Source: Clostridia bacterium (lineage in GTDB: Bacteria; Bacillota; Clostridia; UBA1381). From it: a DNA stretch of 64,000 nucleotides. This document shows, one piece after another, positions 52,072 through 62,492 of the stretch. Both the position numbers and the translations under genes were made by a program. The notes beneath the pieces were generated by a model. That model saw only the letters and a program-made list of their open reading frames with translations, did not search any database and was not told the DNA's origin. How positions within the stretch are numbered: position 1 is the first letter of the stretch; each line of letters begins with the position of its first letter. The stretch is taken from positions 71,819 to 135,818 of the forward strand of contig JAZKZV010000023.1 in the NCBI GenBank assembly GCA_045612845.1, given 5' to 3'.

Positions 52072-53823
52072 TTATATTCTATGCTCCTGTTTGATTTTAT
52101 TTATTGCCTTTTGTGCTTCTTTTAATATAGTTTCTTTATCCTCGTCCGATAAAACACCATTATATTCTATGTTGTTGCATATTTCCGGACAAGAATCCTC
52201 AAGATGTAAAAGTATATCTCTCATAACAGAATTTATTATATCCTTTGGGATATCCTCTAAAAGACGGTTTAACACACAAACAAGAATAAGCACCTGTTCG
52301 TATTGCTTGTATGGTGAGGCTTCCTCCTGAATAAGTATCTGCATTAAACCCTCACCGTAGTTAAGTTGTCTTTTTGTTGTACTGTCAAGCTCACTTGCAA
52401 ACTGTGTAAACACTTCCATTTCGTGATATTGTGCAAGGTCGAGTCTTATAGCACCCGATGCCTTCTTCATTGCCTTTGTCTGGGCATTTCCGCCCACACG
52501 CGAAACTGACAGACCAACATTCACCGCAGGTCGCTGACCCGAGAAAAAGAGCTCACTCTCTAAAAAAATCTGTCCGTCTGTGATAGAAATGATATTTGTG
52601 GGGATATATGCACTTACATCTCCCGATTGTGTTTCGGCAATAGGCAGAGCGGTCATTGACCCGCCGCCATTCTCTTCGCTCAAATGTGCACTGCGTTCAA
52701 GCAGTCTTGAATGAAGATAAAATACATCGCCAGGATATGCTTCTCTTCCGGGAGAGCGTCCCAATAACAAGCTTATTGAACGATATGCAACAGCGTGCTT
52801 TGATAAATCGTCATAAACTATTAGAACGTCTTTGCCCTTGTTCATAAAATATTCGCCCAATGCACAACCTGCATATGGAGCAATATACTGCAAGGAGGCA
52901 CTGTCGCCTGCCGAGGCATTTACTATTATTGAATACTCCATTGCACCATTGTTCTTGAGTGTATTAAGAATTTTAGCAACAGAGCTTGCTTTTTGACCTA
53001 TAGCAACATAGATGCAAATTACGTCTTTGCCTTTTTGGTTTAATATAGTATCGACAGCAATAGCGGTTTTACCTGTTTGTCTGTCGCCTATAATAAGCTC
53101 ACGCTGACCTTTGCCGATAGGGAACATAGAGTCTATTGTAAGAATGCCTGTCTCGAGGGGTGTATCAACAGACTGTCTGTCAATTATTCCGGGTGCGTGT
53201 CTTTCTATTGGATAGTAATCATCACATTCTATAGCACCTTTACCGTCAATGGGATTACCGAGTGCGTCAACTACGCGTCCTATAAATGCCTCGCCAACAG
53301 GCATGCCTGCAGTTTTACCTGTTCTTCGTACCGGGGTGCCCTCACAAATGTCATTGTCATTGTCGAACAGTATACAACCGATTTCATTTTCCTTTAAATC
53401 CTGTATCATACCGCGTACTCCGGATGAAAACATAAGTATTTCACCATATTCGGCTCTGTCAAGACCTGATACTGTTGCAATACCATCGCCAACAGTAAGG
53501 ACAGTACCAATTTCCTGGGACAGTGCTTTTGGTGTCCACGAATTTATTGTTTCCTTAAGAAGGGGTATAAGGTCGGAATCGGTTTTTTTTATGTTTTTGA
53601 GTGTATTTTTAAGTTGTTGAAGTCTTCCGTCTAAACTCCAGTCATATACGTCATCGTTGATTTCCAGACGAAAACCGCCCTTTTGCTTATCATTTTGTAT
53701 CCACTCCAGAACAACATCATCACCGTATCTGGACGTTAAAAAGGCATTGAATTTTTCAGTCTGGATTTCGCTTGGCTTTGTTTTTGAGTACAGGCGGGCT
53801 GACTTTACAGATAAATCATTCAT
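52072..53823 (-). CDS. atpA: F1 ATP synthase alpha subunit with an N-terminal delta(OSCP) C-terminal-domain fusion
   Basis: The first ~80 aa resemble the delta C-terminal domain ([23 protein letters not shown]). The rest is a normal alpha (Walker A GDRQTGKT). The ATG at 53823 follows a GAGGTGA RBS and overlaps the atpF stop. Confidence 0.8.
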   Translation of the reverse strand: MNDLSVKSARLYSKTKPSEIQTEKFNAFLTSRYGDDVVLEWIQNDKQKGGFRLEINDDVYDWSLDGRLQQLKNTLKNIKKTDSDLIPLLKETINSWTPKALSQEIGTVLTVGDGIATVSGLDRAEYGEILMFSSGVRGMIQDLKENEIGCILFDNDNDICEGTPVRRTGKTAGMPVGEAFIGRVVDALGNPIDGKGAIECDDYYPIERHAPGIIDRQSVDTPLETGILTIDSMFPIGKGQRELIIGDRQTGKTAIAVDTILNQKGKDVICIYVAIGQKASSVAKILNTLKNNGAMEYSIIVNASAGDSASLQYIAPYAGCALGEYFMNKGKDVLIVYDDLSKHAVAYRSISLLLGRSPGREAYPGDVFYLHSRLLERSAHLSEENGGGSMTALPIAETQSGDVSAYIPTNIISITDGQIFLESELFFSGQRPAVNVGLSVSRVGGNAQTKAMKKASGAIRLDLAQYHEMEVFTQFASELDSTTKRQLNYGEGLMQILIQEEASPYKQYEQVLILVCVLNRLLEDIPKDIINSVMRDILLHLEDSCPEICNNIEYNGVLSDEDKETILKEAQKAINKIKQEHRI

Positions 53824-54301
53824 CTGTCTCACCTCGTTCTACTGAACTCAAAAAATCATCAAATATCTCCGAATCTTGTTTTCTTATAAGCTTTTCGGTT
53901 GCTTTTATTGCCATTTCTTCTATTTGTGCCTGTGCAGAATTGATTATCCTTGAATATTCATGCTGTGCTTTTTCTTTTGCCTGTGCAATTATCTTTGCTG
54001 CTTCCTCTTGTGCATTTAATATGCTTTCTTTGTTTAGTTCTTCTGTTCTTTTAAAAGTCTCATTTTTTATATTCATTATTTCATCTTCGGCATTAGAGAG
54101 CTTTTCTTCGTATAGAGCCTGTTTTTCTTTTGCTTTTTCGAGGTTGCTCATAGCCTCCTCGTCGAGACCTTTATAGTAGTCCATGCGCTTTTGCATAAAA
54201 TCCTTTACAGGCTTGTACAACAAAAAATACAATATAGCAAATAATATAACAAAATTCAGAAGATGAAGAAGAATTTGTTGCCAATCTATATTTAACGGCA
54301 T
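53816..54301 (-). CDS. atpF: F0 ATP synthase b subunit
   Basis: Start [21 protein letters not shown]. One transmembrane helix plus a long charged helix. Confidence 0.8.
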   Translation of the reverse strand: MPLNIDWQQILLHLLNFVILFAILYFLLYKPVKDFMQKRMDYYKGLDEEAMSNLEKAKEKQALYEEKLSNAEDEIMNIKNETFKRTEELNKESILNAQEEAAKIIAQAKEKAQHEYSRIINSAQAQIEEMAIKATEKLIRKQDSEIFDDFLSSVERGETDE

Positions 54302-54317
54302 AATGCTCACCTCACCC

Positions 54318-54674
54318 TTACAGTACAAATATAATCAATATTGCAATAACAAGTGCATAGATTATAGCTGTTTCTATAAATACAAGACCAAGCATGAGGT
54401 TTGTTCTTATTTTACCGTCTGCCTCAGGTTGTCTTGATATGCCCTCGGAAGCCTTTGCGATAGCCCAACCCATAGCAACAGCACCGCCCGCCGCTGCAAG
54501 ACCTATTGCAATGCCTGCCGCTATTGCTTTGCTACCTTTTGTCTGTTCAGTTGCCTGGGTGATAGTTACTTCACTCGTGCCTGATTCAACATCTGCATAG
54601 GATGTTGTTACAAAAGCAGACATCATAACTAAAAGTACAAACAATATTGATAAACCCTTTACTAATCTTTTCAT
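54318..54674 (-). CDS. atpE: F0 ATP synthase c subunit with a ~45-aa N-terminal extension
   Basis: C-terminal 70 aa form a canonical c hairpin (GISRQPE loop, carboxylate in VFIETAIIY). The N-terminus MKRLVKGLSILFVLLVMMSAFVTTSYA looks like a signal peptide. Confidence 0.8.
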   Translation of the reverse strand: MKRLVKGLSILFVLLVMMSAFVTTSYADVESGTSEVTITQATEQTKGSKAIAAGIAIGLAAAGGAVAMGWAIAKASEGISRQPEADGKIRTNLMLGLVFIETAIIYALVIAILIIFVL

Positions 54675-54675
54675 T

Positions 54676-55482
54676 TTACTTTTCCTCTCTTTCTGATACT
54701 TCTCCGTAGAATAGTGCAGTAAGCATTGTTAATACATATGCCTGTATTAAGGCATGCAGAATTGTAAATAATACGCCTACTATTATAGGTAATACAAAGC
54801 TTAAATGCATGTAGTGATACACAAGCTCTGTTACGAGAGCACCGCTTAGCAGAGCTCCGAAAATTCTGAAACTCATAGATATGGGCAGAGAAAAATCCTT
54901 TAGTGTTTTTCCTATGCCTTTTACCTTGTTTGCCATAATTCCGCCCGACAGTATAATGGTGTATGAGAGAAATCCCATCATAATAGCACCGTTTATATCG
55001 GATAGGGGGGCGGGTAATGCTATAGGATTTCCGGTTGTTGTAATTGCCTGAAACCCAAAGAGCTCAAACAATGTTCCTATTGCAATATATGTGCCGGCAG
55101 TAAATATATACGCACCTAAAAATCTGTTCTTGTGGGGACTGTTTGACTTTGACATATTATCAAACATACCTACAGCTGTTTCGAGAACAAGTTGAAACTT
55201 TCCCGGAACATATTTAAATTTGGGGATTGCGAATATTCTTACAATCAAGGCAAATACAAACAGTATGGCACTAACAACAAAACCGGATATAAGACCGGGA
55301 TTTACGTTCTTTATGCCTAAAAGATTGATTTTGTTTTCTTCGTGAAGAACTGCGTCGCGCATAACTGTCTGGATTGACTGATGTGTTATATGAGGTCTTG
55401 GAACCAGAAATACACCAATCAGTAGTAGTACTGTAACTGCCGCAAATATAATAATGCTTATCTTTTTGTGTTTTTTGCTCAC
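54676..55482 (-). CDS. atpB: F0 ATP synthase a subunit
   Basis: 268-aa polytopic protein. GTG start 5 nt after GGAGGA. First gene of the operon. Confidence 0.8.
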   Translation of the reverse strand: MSKKHKKISIIIFAAVTVLLLIGVFLVPRPHITHQSIQTVMRDAVLHEENKINLLGIKNVNPGLISGFVVSAILFVFALIVRIFAIPKFKYVPGKFQLVLETAVGMFDNMSKSNSPHKNRFLGAYIFTAGTYIAIGTLFELFGFQAITTTGNPIALPAPLSDINGAIMMGFLSYTIILSGGIMANKVKGIGKTLKDFSLPISMSFRIFGALLSGALVTELVYHYMHLSFVLPIIVGVLFTILHALIQAYVLTMLTALFYGEVSEREEK

Positions 55483-55520
55483 GCATATCCTCCTTTCTGT
55501 CTTTACAAGCTTTTCTAACT

Positions 55521-55548
55521 ATTATACACCTAATTTAATAAAAAACAA
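55521..55548 (-). promoter_or_regulatory. candidate sigma-A promoter of the atp operon
   Basis: On the minus strand: TTGTTT, 16-nt spacer, TG-TATAAT. Confidence 0.4.
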
Positions 55549-55591
55549 GGCTTAAGCCATATTTATTTTTTAAATTAGCACAATATACAAA

Positions 55592-56866
55592 TTATTTTTC
55601 TACAACATTCTGAGTTGCACACATTATTCCCAATTTTGCGCTTTCATATGTCAGACCGCCCTGCATATATGCGATATATGGCGGTTTGATAGGTCCGTCT
55701 GCGCTAAGCTCTATTGAAGAGCCCTGTATAAATGCACCGGCTGCCATAATAACCTGGTCCTGATATCCGGGCATATCCCATGGCATTGGTGTTACAAAGC
55801 TGTCTATGGGTGAGCCTTTTTGTATACCCTGACAAAACGCAATAACACCTTCCGGTGTACCGAATTTTATGGATTGAATTATATCATATCGGTTTTGGGT
55901 AGGCTTGGGGTCGACCTCAAAGCCTAATTCCTCAAAAACTGCTGAGCATAAAAGTGCCGATTTTATTGCCTGCAGTACAATATGCGGAGCTAAAAACAAA
56001 CCCTGATATAAAGCCTTGTTCATGCCAAGAGATGCACCACACTCTTTACCTATACCAACTGATGTAAAGCGATATGAGCAAAGCTCAACATATTTTGACT
56101 TGCCTGCAATATATCCGCCCGACGGTGCAATTCCGCCTCCCGGATTTTTTATGAGCGAGCCTGCCATAAGGTCTGCACCAAAATCGGTAGGCTCCTTTGT
56201 ATCAACGAACTCACCGTAGCAGTTATCTACTATGCATATTGTCTGTGGTGAAATTTCTTTTACAAAGCTTATTATTTCACCAATTTGTTCTGCACTGTAA
56301 GAGGGTCTCCAGCCATAACCCTTTGAGCGTTGTATCATAACTGCTTTTACAGTGTTTTTGGATAATACGTCTTTTATATTATTATAGTCTACTTGTCCGT
56401 CTTTTAGGTCTATTTGTTTGTAGTTAACTCCAAAATCTTTTAGCGAGCCATCGCCTGCTGTACCTGATATACCTATTACTTCCTCCAGTGTGTCATATGG
56501 CTTACCAGTTATGGCAACAAGTAAATCACCGGGACGTAAAACACCAAAAAGCATTGTAGAGAGTGCATGAGTACCATTTACAAAGCTGTATCTTACAAGT
56601 GCATCCTCTGCACCAAAAATTTGTGCATATACTTTATCTAAAGTATCTCTGCCTATGTCATCGTATCCATATCCTGAAGTTGAGGTGAAGTGTGTTTCGG
56701 ATATGTTATTATCATAAAAAGCCTTCATAACCTTTAACTGATTTATTTGTGCAATATCTTCGGCTCTTTTAAATTGTTCTAAAACTTTTTTTTCGGCATT
56801 GTCTATAAGCTCTAAAACCCTGTCAGATATACCAAAATTATTCTTTATAAATTCATTCTTATCCAT
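55592..56866 (-). CDS. PLP-dependent YnbB / methionine-gamma-lyase-like family protein
   Basis: 424 aa. Overall resemblance to the 'aluminium resistance'/YnbB Cys-Met-metabolism family. Confidence 0.6.
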   Translation of the reverse strand: MDKNEFIKNNFGISDRVLELIDNAEKKVLEQFKRAEDIAQINQLKVMKAFYDNNISETHFTSTSGYGYDDIGRDTLDKVYAQIFGAEDALVRYSFVNGTHALSTMLFGVLRPGDLLVAITGKPYDTLEEVIGISGTAGDGSLKDFGVNYKQIDLKDGQVDYNNIKDVLSKNTVKAVMIQRSKGYGWRPSYSAEQIGEIISFVKEISPQTICIVDNCYGEFVDTKEPTDFGADLMAGSLIKNPGGGIAPSGGYIAGKSKYVELCSYRFTSVGIGKECGASLGMNKALYQGLFLAPHIVLQAIKSALLCSAVFEELGFEVDPKPTQNRYDIIQSIKFGTPEGVIAFCQGIQKGSPIDSFVTPMPWDMPGYQDQVIMAAGAFIQGSSIELSADGPIKPPYIAYMQGGLTYESAKLGIMCATQNVVEK

Positions 56867-57065
56867 TTTTAACAGCCTTTCATTTTTTCTAAAAGTTTAT
56901 CACAAAAAGAAATTTTTGTCAATATAAGCACAAACATAAAAATTGTAGATAAAATGAGCCAAACCTATTGAAATAGGTGGTGTTTTGTAGTATAATAGCT
57001 AATAAGTGTGTTTGCCGATTTTGATGTGCAATATATCACAATCTTATTTGGAGGGGGAAATATAA

Positions 57066-57941
57066 ATGGGGTATAAAAATAAAGCGGCAATATTCATTCT
57101 GGTTGGTCAGTCCAATGCGGTAGGTCATTCGCTTCCTATGTGTGAGGAAGATATAGTTAAGGAGCCTATGAAAAATGTTTTTGGCTTATCCCGGGAATTT
57201 AACCAGTCATTTAATATTACAGAACTTAAATGGAGCGGATATACAAGCTATGGTATGAATCTTGCAGAGGAGCAGGATAATACCTATTCTGTAGCCAACT
57301 GTCTTGCAAAACTCTGGCAGGCTGAAATTGATGCGGGTAATAAACGGAATCTGCCTGATTTACATATTGTTCATATAGCAATAGGAGGACAGGGTGTAAC
57401 TGAAAACTATATGTGGAATCCGAATTATGAGAGAAAGCTTATTCCAGGAAAGCTTGACACGGTTGATATTGCTCTTGCACCGTTTACCAATCATATACTG
57501 TCGCTTTTAAAAGACAGCTTTAATAAAATGGATAAAAGCTTTGATGTTATGGGGATTCATTGGCGTGGCAGCGAAAGTGATACAGTTGCGACGTGGGAGG
57601 TCTTGGAAAATACGGCAAAGAATACACATAAAGGGTTATTTGACAGTTTTTGCCAAAGTATTGGTCAGAATGTACCTGTTATATTACATCTGCTTGCTTC
57701 TCATGAAAGATGTATGGCTTCCGACCCGAGTGGTGATACATTAAAGAAGATGCATTATATAAATCAGATATTTAATGAACTTAGTGCAGAAAACCAAAAT
57801 ATTTCGGTTTTTGATGTGAAAAATTGTCCGCATTATATTCCTGATGACAAAACAAACGGAATATTTAAAGGTGATTTTATACATTATAACGCTCAGACTA
57901 ATTGGTGGGTTGCAGAGCAGATTTTTAATAATTACAAATAA
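57066..57941 (+). CDS. SASA/DUF303-type carbohydrate esterase-like protein
   Basis: N-terminal IFILVGQSNAVGHS motif. Confidence 0.5.
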   Translation: MGYKNKAAIFILVGQSNAVGHSLPMCEEDIVKEPMKNVFGLSREFNQSFNITELKWSGYTSYGMNLAEEQDNTYSVANCLAKLWQAEIDAGNKRNLPDLHIVHIAIGGQGVTENYMWNPNYERKLIPGKLDTVDIALAPFTNHILSLLKDSFNKMDKSFDVMGIHWRGSESDTVATWEVLENTAKNTHKGLFDSFCQSIGQNVPVILHLLASHERCMASDPSGDTLKKMHYINQIFNELSAENQNISVFDVKNCPHYIPDDKTNGIFKGDFIHYNAQTNWWVAEQIFNNYK

Positions 57942-58181
57942 TTGATGAATAAGCATAATATGCTGCACATCAATACAGATTGCTTATAATTCGTAAAATA
58001 TCTTAAAGCTGTTAAAAAGATTGTTGTTTCATTTATAATAACTGTAGATAAAATGGAAAAAGGGACACTAAAATGCTTTATCTTTGCAATCATTGCACTT
58101 TGTTGCAATGGTATGGCGGTAGGAATTATTGCAATTTGTCTTATCGCGATTTAATATAAAGAATGAAAGGAAATTTTTTCT

Positions 58182-59060
58182 ATGGAGAATATACGTCTTT
58201 GTGAGGATTGTGTGTTTTGTCTTATAAACAAATATGCAAAAGTGTACCCTGAGGGTTGTGCCGAGGAGAAAAAGCTCAACTATATAAAGTCGGTTTTAGA
58301 GATTATCTCAAAGGCAAAATTAACTGATAGTGCACCTCTCCTTGTTGAAAGAATCAATAATCTTCAAAGGCAAATGTGGGGAGATTTGGAGGATTATACT
58401 GATATAAAATACCACTTTAACCGCATAATGTTATCTATGGAGGAAAAGATACAAAGTAAAATCAAGGCGGGGAATGACCATATCCAAAGTGCATTAAAAT
58501 ATGCTATGATGGGAAATTATATTGATTTTGGTGCAGTAGAGAATGTCAGTGAGGAAAAACTGTTCGAATATATAGATGGTGCTGAGAATATAGCGGTCAA
58601 TCAAGACGAAATTAAAAATCTGAAAAACGACCTCAAGGACGCAAAAAGTCTTGTATATATTACAGATAATTGTGGAGAAATTGTAACAGACAAGATATTT
58701 ATTAAGAATATAATAAATAAATATCCGCACTTAAAAATTGAGGCAATAGTAAGAGGTAAGGATGTTCTGAATGATGCAACAATGACCGATGCAAAGCAAG
58801 TGGGTCTTTGTGATATAGTAAATGTCTATGACAATGGCACGCAAATTGCGGGAACGTGTATAGATGAAATTAAAGAAGAGGCAAAAACAAAAATTGAGAA
58901 CGCGGACGTTATTATTGCAAAGGGTCAGGGTAATTTTGAAACACTTAGATTTTGTAAAAAGAATGTATACTATCTTTTTATGTGTAAGTGTGAAATGTTT
59001 GCTAAAAGGTTCAATGTTGAGCGTTACAGCGGTATGATTATAAACGATTTAAGAATGTAG
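58182..59060 (+). CDS. DUF89 / ARMT1-like damage-control phosphatase family protein
   Basis: Family-typical length and motifs (ITDNCGEIVTDK, AKGQGNFETL). Confidence 0.55.
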   Translation: MENIRLCEDCVFCLINKYAKVYPEGCAEEKKLNYIKSVLEIISKAKLTDSAPLLVERINNLQRQMWGDLEDYTDIKYHFNRIMLSMEEKIQSKIKAGNDHIQSALKYAMMGNYIDFGAVENVSEEKLFEYIDGAENIAVNQDEIKNLKNDLKDAKSLVYITDNCGEIVTDKIFIKNIINKYPHLKIEAIVRGKDVLNDATMTDAKQVGLCDIVNVYDNGTQIAGTCIDEIKEEAKTKIENADVIIAKGQGNFETLRFCKKNVYYLFMCKCEMFAKRFNVERYSGMIINDLRM

Positions 59061-59218
59061 AAATATAGGTAAGTTTGCATAATGCAGACTTACTTGTTTT
59101 TTTGCAAAAATGGGATATAGATATTTTTGAACATACTCAATAGAATTTATATATTTGCTAAAAATATAAAAAAATAGTATAATAAGACAGTGATATAGGT
59201 GGAAGGGGAGTGGCGTAT

Positions 59219-60121
59219 ATGACAATACAACAGTGTAAATATGTACTCGAAATAGCAAAAACAGGCTCGTTTAATAAAGCTTCTAAGCAACTTTTTGTTG
59301 CGCAGTCATCGCTTTCTATGAGTATTAAGTCTTTGGAGCAGGAGCTTAAAATAAAGATATTCGAACGTAGCGGAAACGGTATCCGGTTGACAGACGAGGG
59401 GTCGGAGTTTGTAAAATACGCAACGCAGATATGTGAAAATAGCGACTTTGTTTCTAACAGATACAGTACCAATAAAATTCAGCAAAAGCTTTATATTGTA
59501 ACACAGCATTATGACTTTATAGCAGATATTTTTGGTAAAATGCTAAGCAAAATAACAGATATTGATGAGTATAAATTTGCGCTTCGTGAAATTCAGACTT
59601 ACGATGTTATCCGTGAGGTAGAAACAGCATATAGCGATATTGGTATTCTTGCCATAAAAGACAGTGATTATGATATTATGAAGCGTTATCTTAGCAAAAA
59701 AGGCTTGCAATTTTCGCCGTTTTTACATGCCAAACCACATGTTTTTATGAGAAAAAACCACCCTCTTGCTAACGACCAAATGTTAAAAATTGCTGATTTA
59801 AAGGAATACCCTTATGTTTCTTATGAACAGGGCGAGCATAACAGTTCATTTTTTACTGAGGAAATAATGAATGTGCCATATGTTTCAAAGCACATAGAAA
59901 TCAGCGACCGTGCAACTCTTATGAATGTACTTTTGCTTACAGATTCCTATACCATTGGTACAGGAATAATGCCGTCTAAACTTAACAGAAAAGACATTGT
60001 GAGCATTCCTCTTCAAAGTGATGAATTTTATATAATAGGCTACATTTTAAACGAGGAACGTAAAATTTCAGATGTGTTGCAAAAGTTTATTGACTTGTTG
60101 GAAAAGTCATCAAATATGTAA
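59219..60121 (+). CDS. LysR-family transcriptional regulator
   Basis: N-terminal HTH ([40 protein letters not shown]). Confidence 0.8.
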   Translation: MTIQQCKYVLEIAKTGSFNKASKQLFVAQSSLSMSIKSLEQELKIKIFERSGNGIRLTDEGSEFVKYATQICENSDFVSNRYSTNKIQQKLYIVTQHYDFIADIFGKMLSKITDIDEYKFALREIQTYDVIREVETAYSDIGILAIKDSDYDIMKRYLSKKGLQFSPFLHAKPHVFMRKNHPLANDQMLKIADLKEYPYVSYEQGEHNSSFFTEEIMNVPYVSKHIEISDRATLMNVLLLTDSYTIGTGIMPSKLNRKDIVSIPLQSDEFYIIGYILNEERKISDVLQKFIDLLEKSSNM

Positions 60122-60138
60122 AGGAGAGGAAAATTTAT

Positions 60139-61173
60139 ATGAAAGCATTAGTAAAAAAATATCCCCAAAAGGGCTTGTGGTTTGAAGATGTAAGTGAGCC
60201 TGAATGTGGAGCTAACGATGTTAAAATCAAAATACATAAGACAGCAATATGTGGAACAGATTTGCATATTTATAATTGGGACGAATGGTCTCAGAAGACT
60301 ATAGAGACACCGAGAATTATCGGTCATGAATACGTTGGTGAAATAGTCGAAATTGGAGATAATGTAACAAACTGGAAAGTGGGCGAAATAGTTTCGGGAG
60401 AGGGACACATAGTTTGCGGAAGATGCAGAAACTGCCTTGCAGGTAACGGTCATTTGTGTAAAGAAACTATTGGTGTCGGAGTAAACCGTGATGGTGCTTT
60501 TGCTCAGTTTCTTGTAATACCTCAGGAGAATGTGAGAAAATGCGAAAAGGATATAGCGGAGGAAATGTATGCTATTTTTGACCCGTTCGGAAATGCTGTA
60601 CATACTGCACTCTCATTTGAACTTACAGGTGAAGATGTATTGATTACAGGTGCAGGTCCGATAGGTATTATGGCTGCAGCTGTATGTAAACACGTAGGTG
60701 CAAGACGTGTTGTTATAACAGATATCAATGATGAGAGATTAGAGCTTGCAAAAAAGCTTGGTATACAACACACAGTAAATACCGCAAAGCAAAACCTTTC
60801 TGATATAATGGAGGAATTATCCGTTAAGGAAGGCTTTGATGTAGGACTTGAAATGTCGGGCAGTGAGATTGCGCTAAATACAATGATAGATAATATGATT
60901 CATGGCGGAAGAATTGCATTGCTTGGTATTTTAAAGAGCGATGCCAAGGTAGACTGGTCAAAGATTATATTTAACGGACTTATTATAAAGGGTATATACG
61001 GACGTCAAATGCACGAAACATGGTACAAGATGTCTGCAATGATTCAGGGCGGACTTGATATATCAAACATAATAACACACAGACTAGACATAACTGACTA
61101 CGAAAAAGGCTTTGAGGCTATGAACAGCGGCAAGAGCGGAAAAGTTATTCTTGACTGGTCATCATTAAATTAA
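60139..61173 (+). CDS. tdh: L-threonine 3-dehydrogenase
   Basis: Zn-ADH fold ([18 protein letters not shown]). Followed by kbl. Confidence 0.9.
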   Translation: MKALVKKYPQKGLWFEDVSEPECGANDVKIKIHKTAICGTDLHIYNWDEWSQKTIETPRIIGHEYVGEIVEIGDNVTNWKVGEIVSGEGHIVCGRCRNCLAGNGHLCKETIGVGVNRDGAFAQFLVIPQENVRKCEKDIAEEMYAIFDPFGNAVHTALSFELTGEDVLITGAGPIGIMAAAVCKHVGARRVVITDINDERLELAKKLGIQHTVNTAKQNLSDIMEELSVKEGFDVGLEMSGSEIALNTMIDNMIHGGRIALLGILKSDAKVDWSKIIFNGLIIKGIYGRQMHETWYKMSAMIQGGLDISNIITHRLDITDYEKGFEAMNSGKSGKVILDWSSLN

Positions 61174-61189
61174 CGAAAGGAATATAATT

Positions 61190-62371
61190 ATGAAATCAGC
61201 ACTTGGATATTTTAAACAAACATGCGATACAATAGAAAAAGAGGGACTTACTAAGAACGAAAAAATAATAACTTCACCGCAGGGAGCAAGAGTGAAAATC
61301 AGTGATGGCAGAGAAGTTATAAATATGTGTGCAAATAACTATCTTGGTCTTGCAAATAACAATGAGGTAATAAATGCAGCAAAAGAAAGTTACGATAAGT
61401 ACGGATACGGACTTTCATCTGTACGCTTTATCTGTGGTACACAAGAGCTTCACAAGAAACTCGAAGAAAAAGTAAGCAGTTTTTTGGGAACAGATGATAC
61501 AATTTTATATTCATCATGCTTTGATGCAAACGGCGGACTTTTCGAAACACTTCTTGGCGAGGAAGATGCAATTATAAGTGATGAGCTTAACCATGCAAGT
61601 ATTATTGATGGTATACGTCTTTGCAAGGCAAAGAGATTTCGTTATAAAAACAACAATATGTCAGACTTAAGGGCAAAGCTTGAAGAGGCAAAGGACTGCC
61701 GCATAAAGCTTATTGCAACAGATGGTGTATTTTCTATGGACGGAGTAGTTGCAGACCTTAAGAGCATATGTGATATTGCTGATGAATATGATGCACTTGT
61801 TATGGTTGATGACAGTCATGCTGCAGGATTTATGGGTGCAACAGGCAGAGGTACAGCCGAGTACTGCGGTGTAAGCGGAAGAGTTGATATTATAACAGGT
61901 ACATTCGGCAAGGCCTTAGGCGGTGCATCAGGCGGATTTACATCAGGAAGAAAGGAAATTATTTCACTTCTTCGTCAACGTTCAAGACCATATCTTTTTT
62001 CAAACACTTTAGCGCCGGCAGTTGCTGCAGGCTCATTAAAGGTGCTTGAAATAATTGAAAATGACCTTTCAATGCGCGAAAAGCTTTTTGCCAATACAAA
62101 ACTTTTTGCCGAAAAGATAAAGGAAATAGGACTTGACGTTATGGATGGAGGAACACCTATTATTCCGATAATGCTCTATGATGAACATAAGGCTGTAGAA
62201 ATGGCAAAACGAATGAACGAAAAGGGCGTTTATGTGGTTGCATTTTCATATCCCGTTGTTCCAAAGGGTAAGGCAAGAATAAGAACACAACTCTCAGCTG
62301 CATTAAATGAGGAGGATATCCTCTACATTGTAGAATGTTTTAAACAGGTTAAAGAGAAAATGGGATTATAA
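61190..62371 (+). CDS. kbl: glycine C-acetyltransferase (2-amino-3-ketobutyrate CoA ligase)
   Basis: Alpha-oxoamine synthase family. PLP-Lys region TGTFGKALGG. Confidence 0.9.
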   Translation: MKSALGYFKQTCDTIEKEGLTKNEKIITSPQGARVKISDGREVINMCANNYLGLANNNEVINAAKESYDKYGYGLSSVRFICGTQELHKKLEEKVSSFLGTDDTILYSSCFDANGGLFETLLGEEDAIISDELNHASIIDGIRLCKAKRFRYKNNNMSDLRAKLEEAKDCRIKLIATDGVFSMDGVVADLKSICDIADEYDALVMVDDSHAAGFMGATGRGTAEYCGVSGRVDIITGTFGKALGGASGGFTSGRKEIISLLRQRSRPYLFSNTLAPAVAAGSLKVLEIIENDLSMREKLFANTKLFAEKIKEIGLDVMDGGTPIIPIMLYDEHKAVEMAKRMNEKGVYVVAFSYPVVPKGKARIRTQLSAALNEEDILYIVECFKQVKEKMGL

Positions 62372-62381
62372 GACTTTACAG

Positions 62382-62418
62382 TGCTGCGGTAAAATATATT
62401 ACCGCAGCATTTTATATT
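62382..62418 (+). terminator. intrinsic terminator after kbl
   Basis: TGCTGCGGTAA / TTACCGCAGCA stem followed by a T-run. Confidence 0.8.
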
Positions 62419-62492
62419 TGACTATTTGTGTTTTTTGTGGTATAGTTTATATGTGTTAATTAAACATGTCAGGGAGCAAAATTTCAGATAAA

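Noticed and set aside
54318-54674. Na+-specific c subunit
   Set aside because: The helix-2 ET...Y residues are compatible with Na+ binding. However, the helix-1 position aligned with the Na+-ligand Gln is Met in my hand alignment. Ion specificity cannot be called from this.
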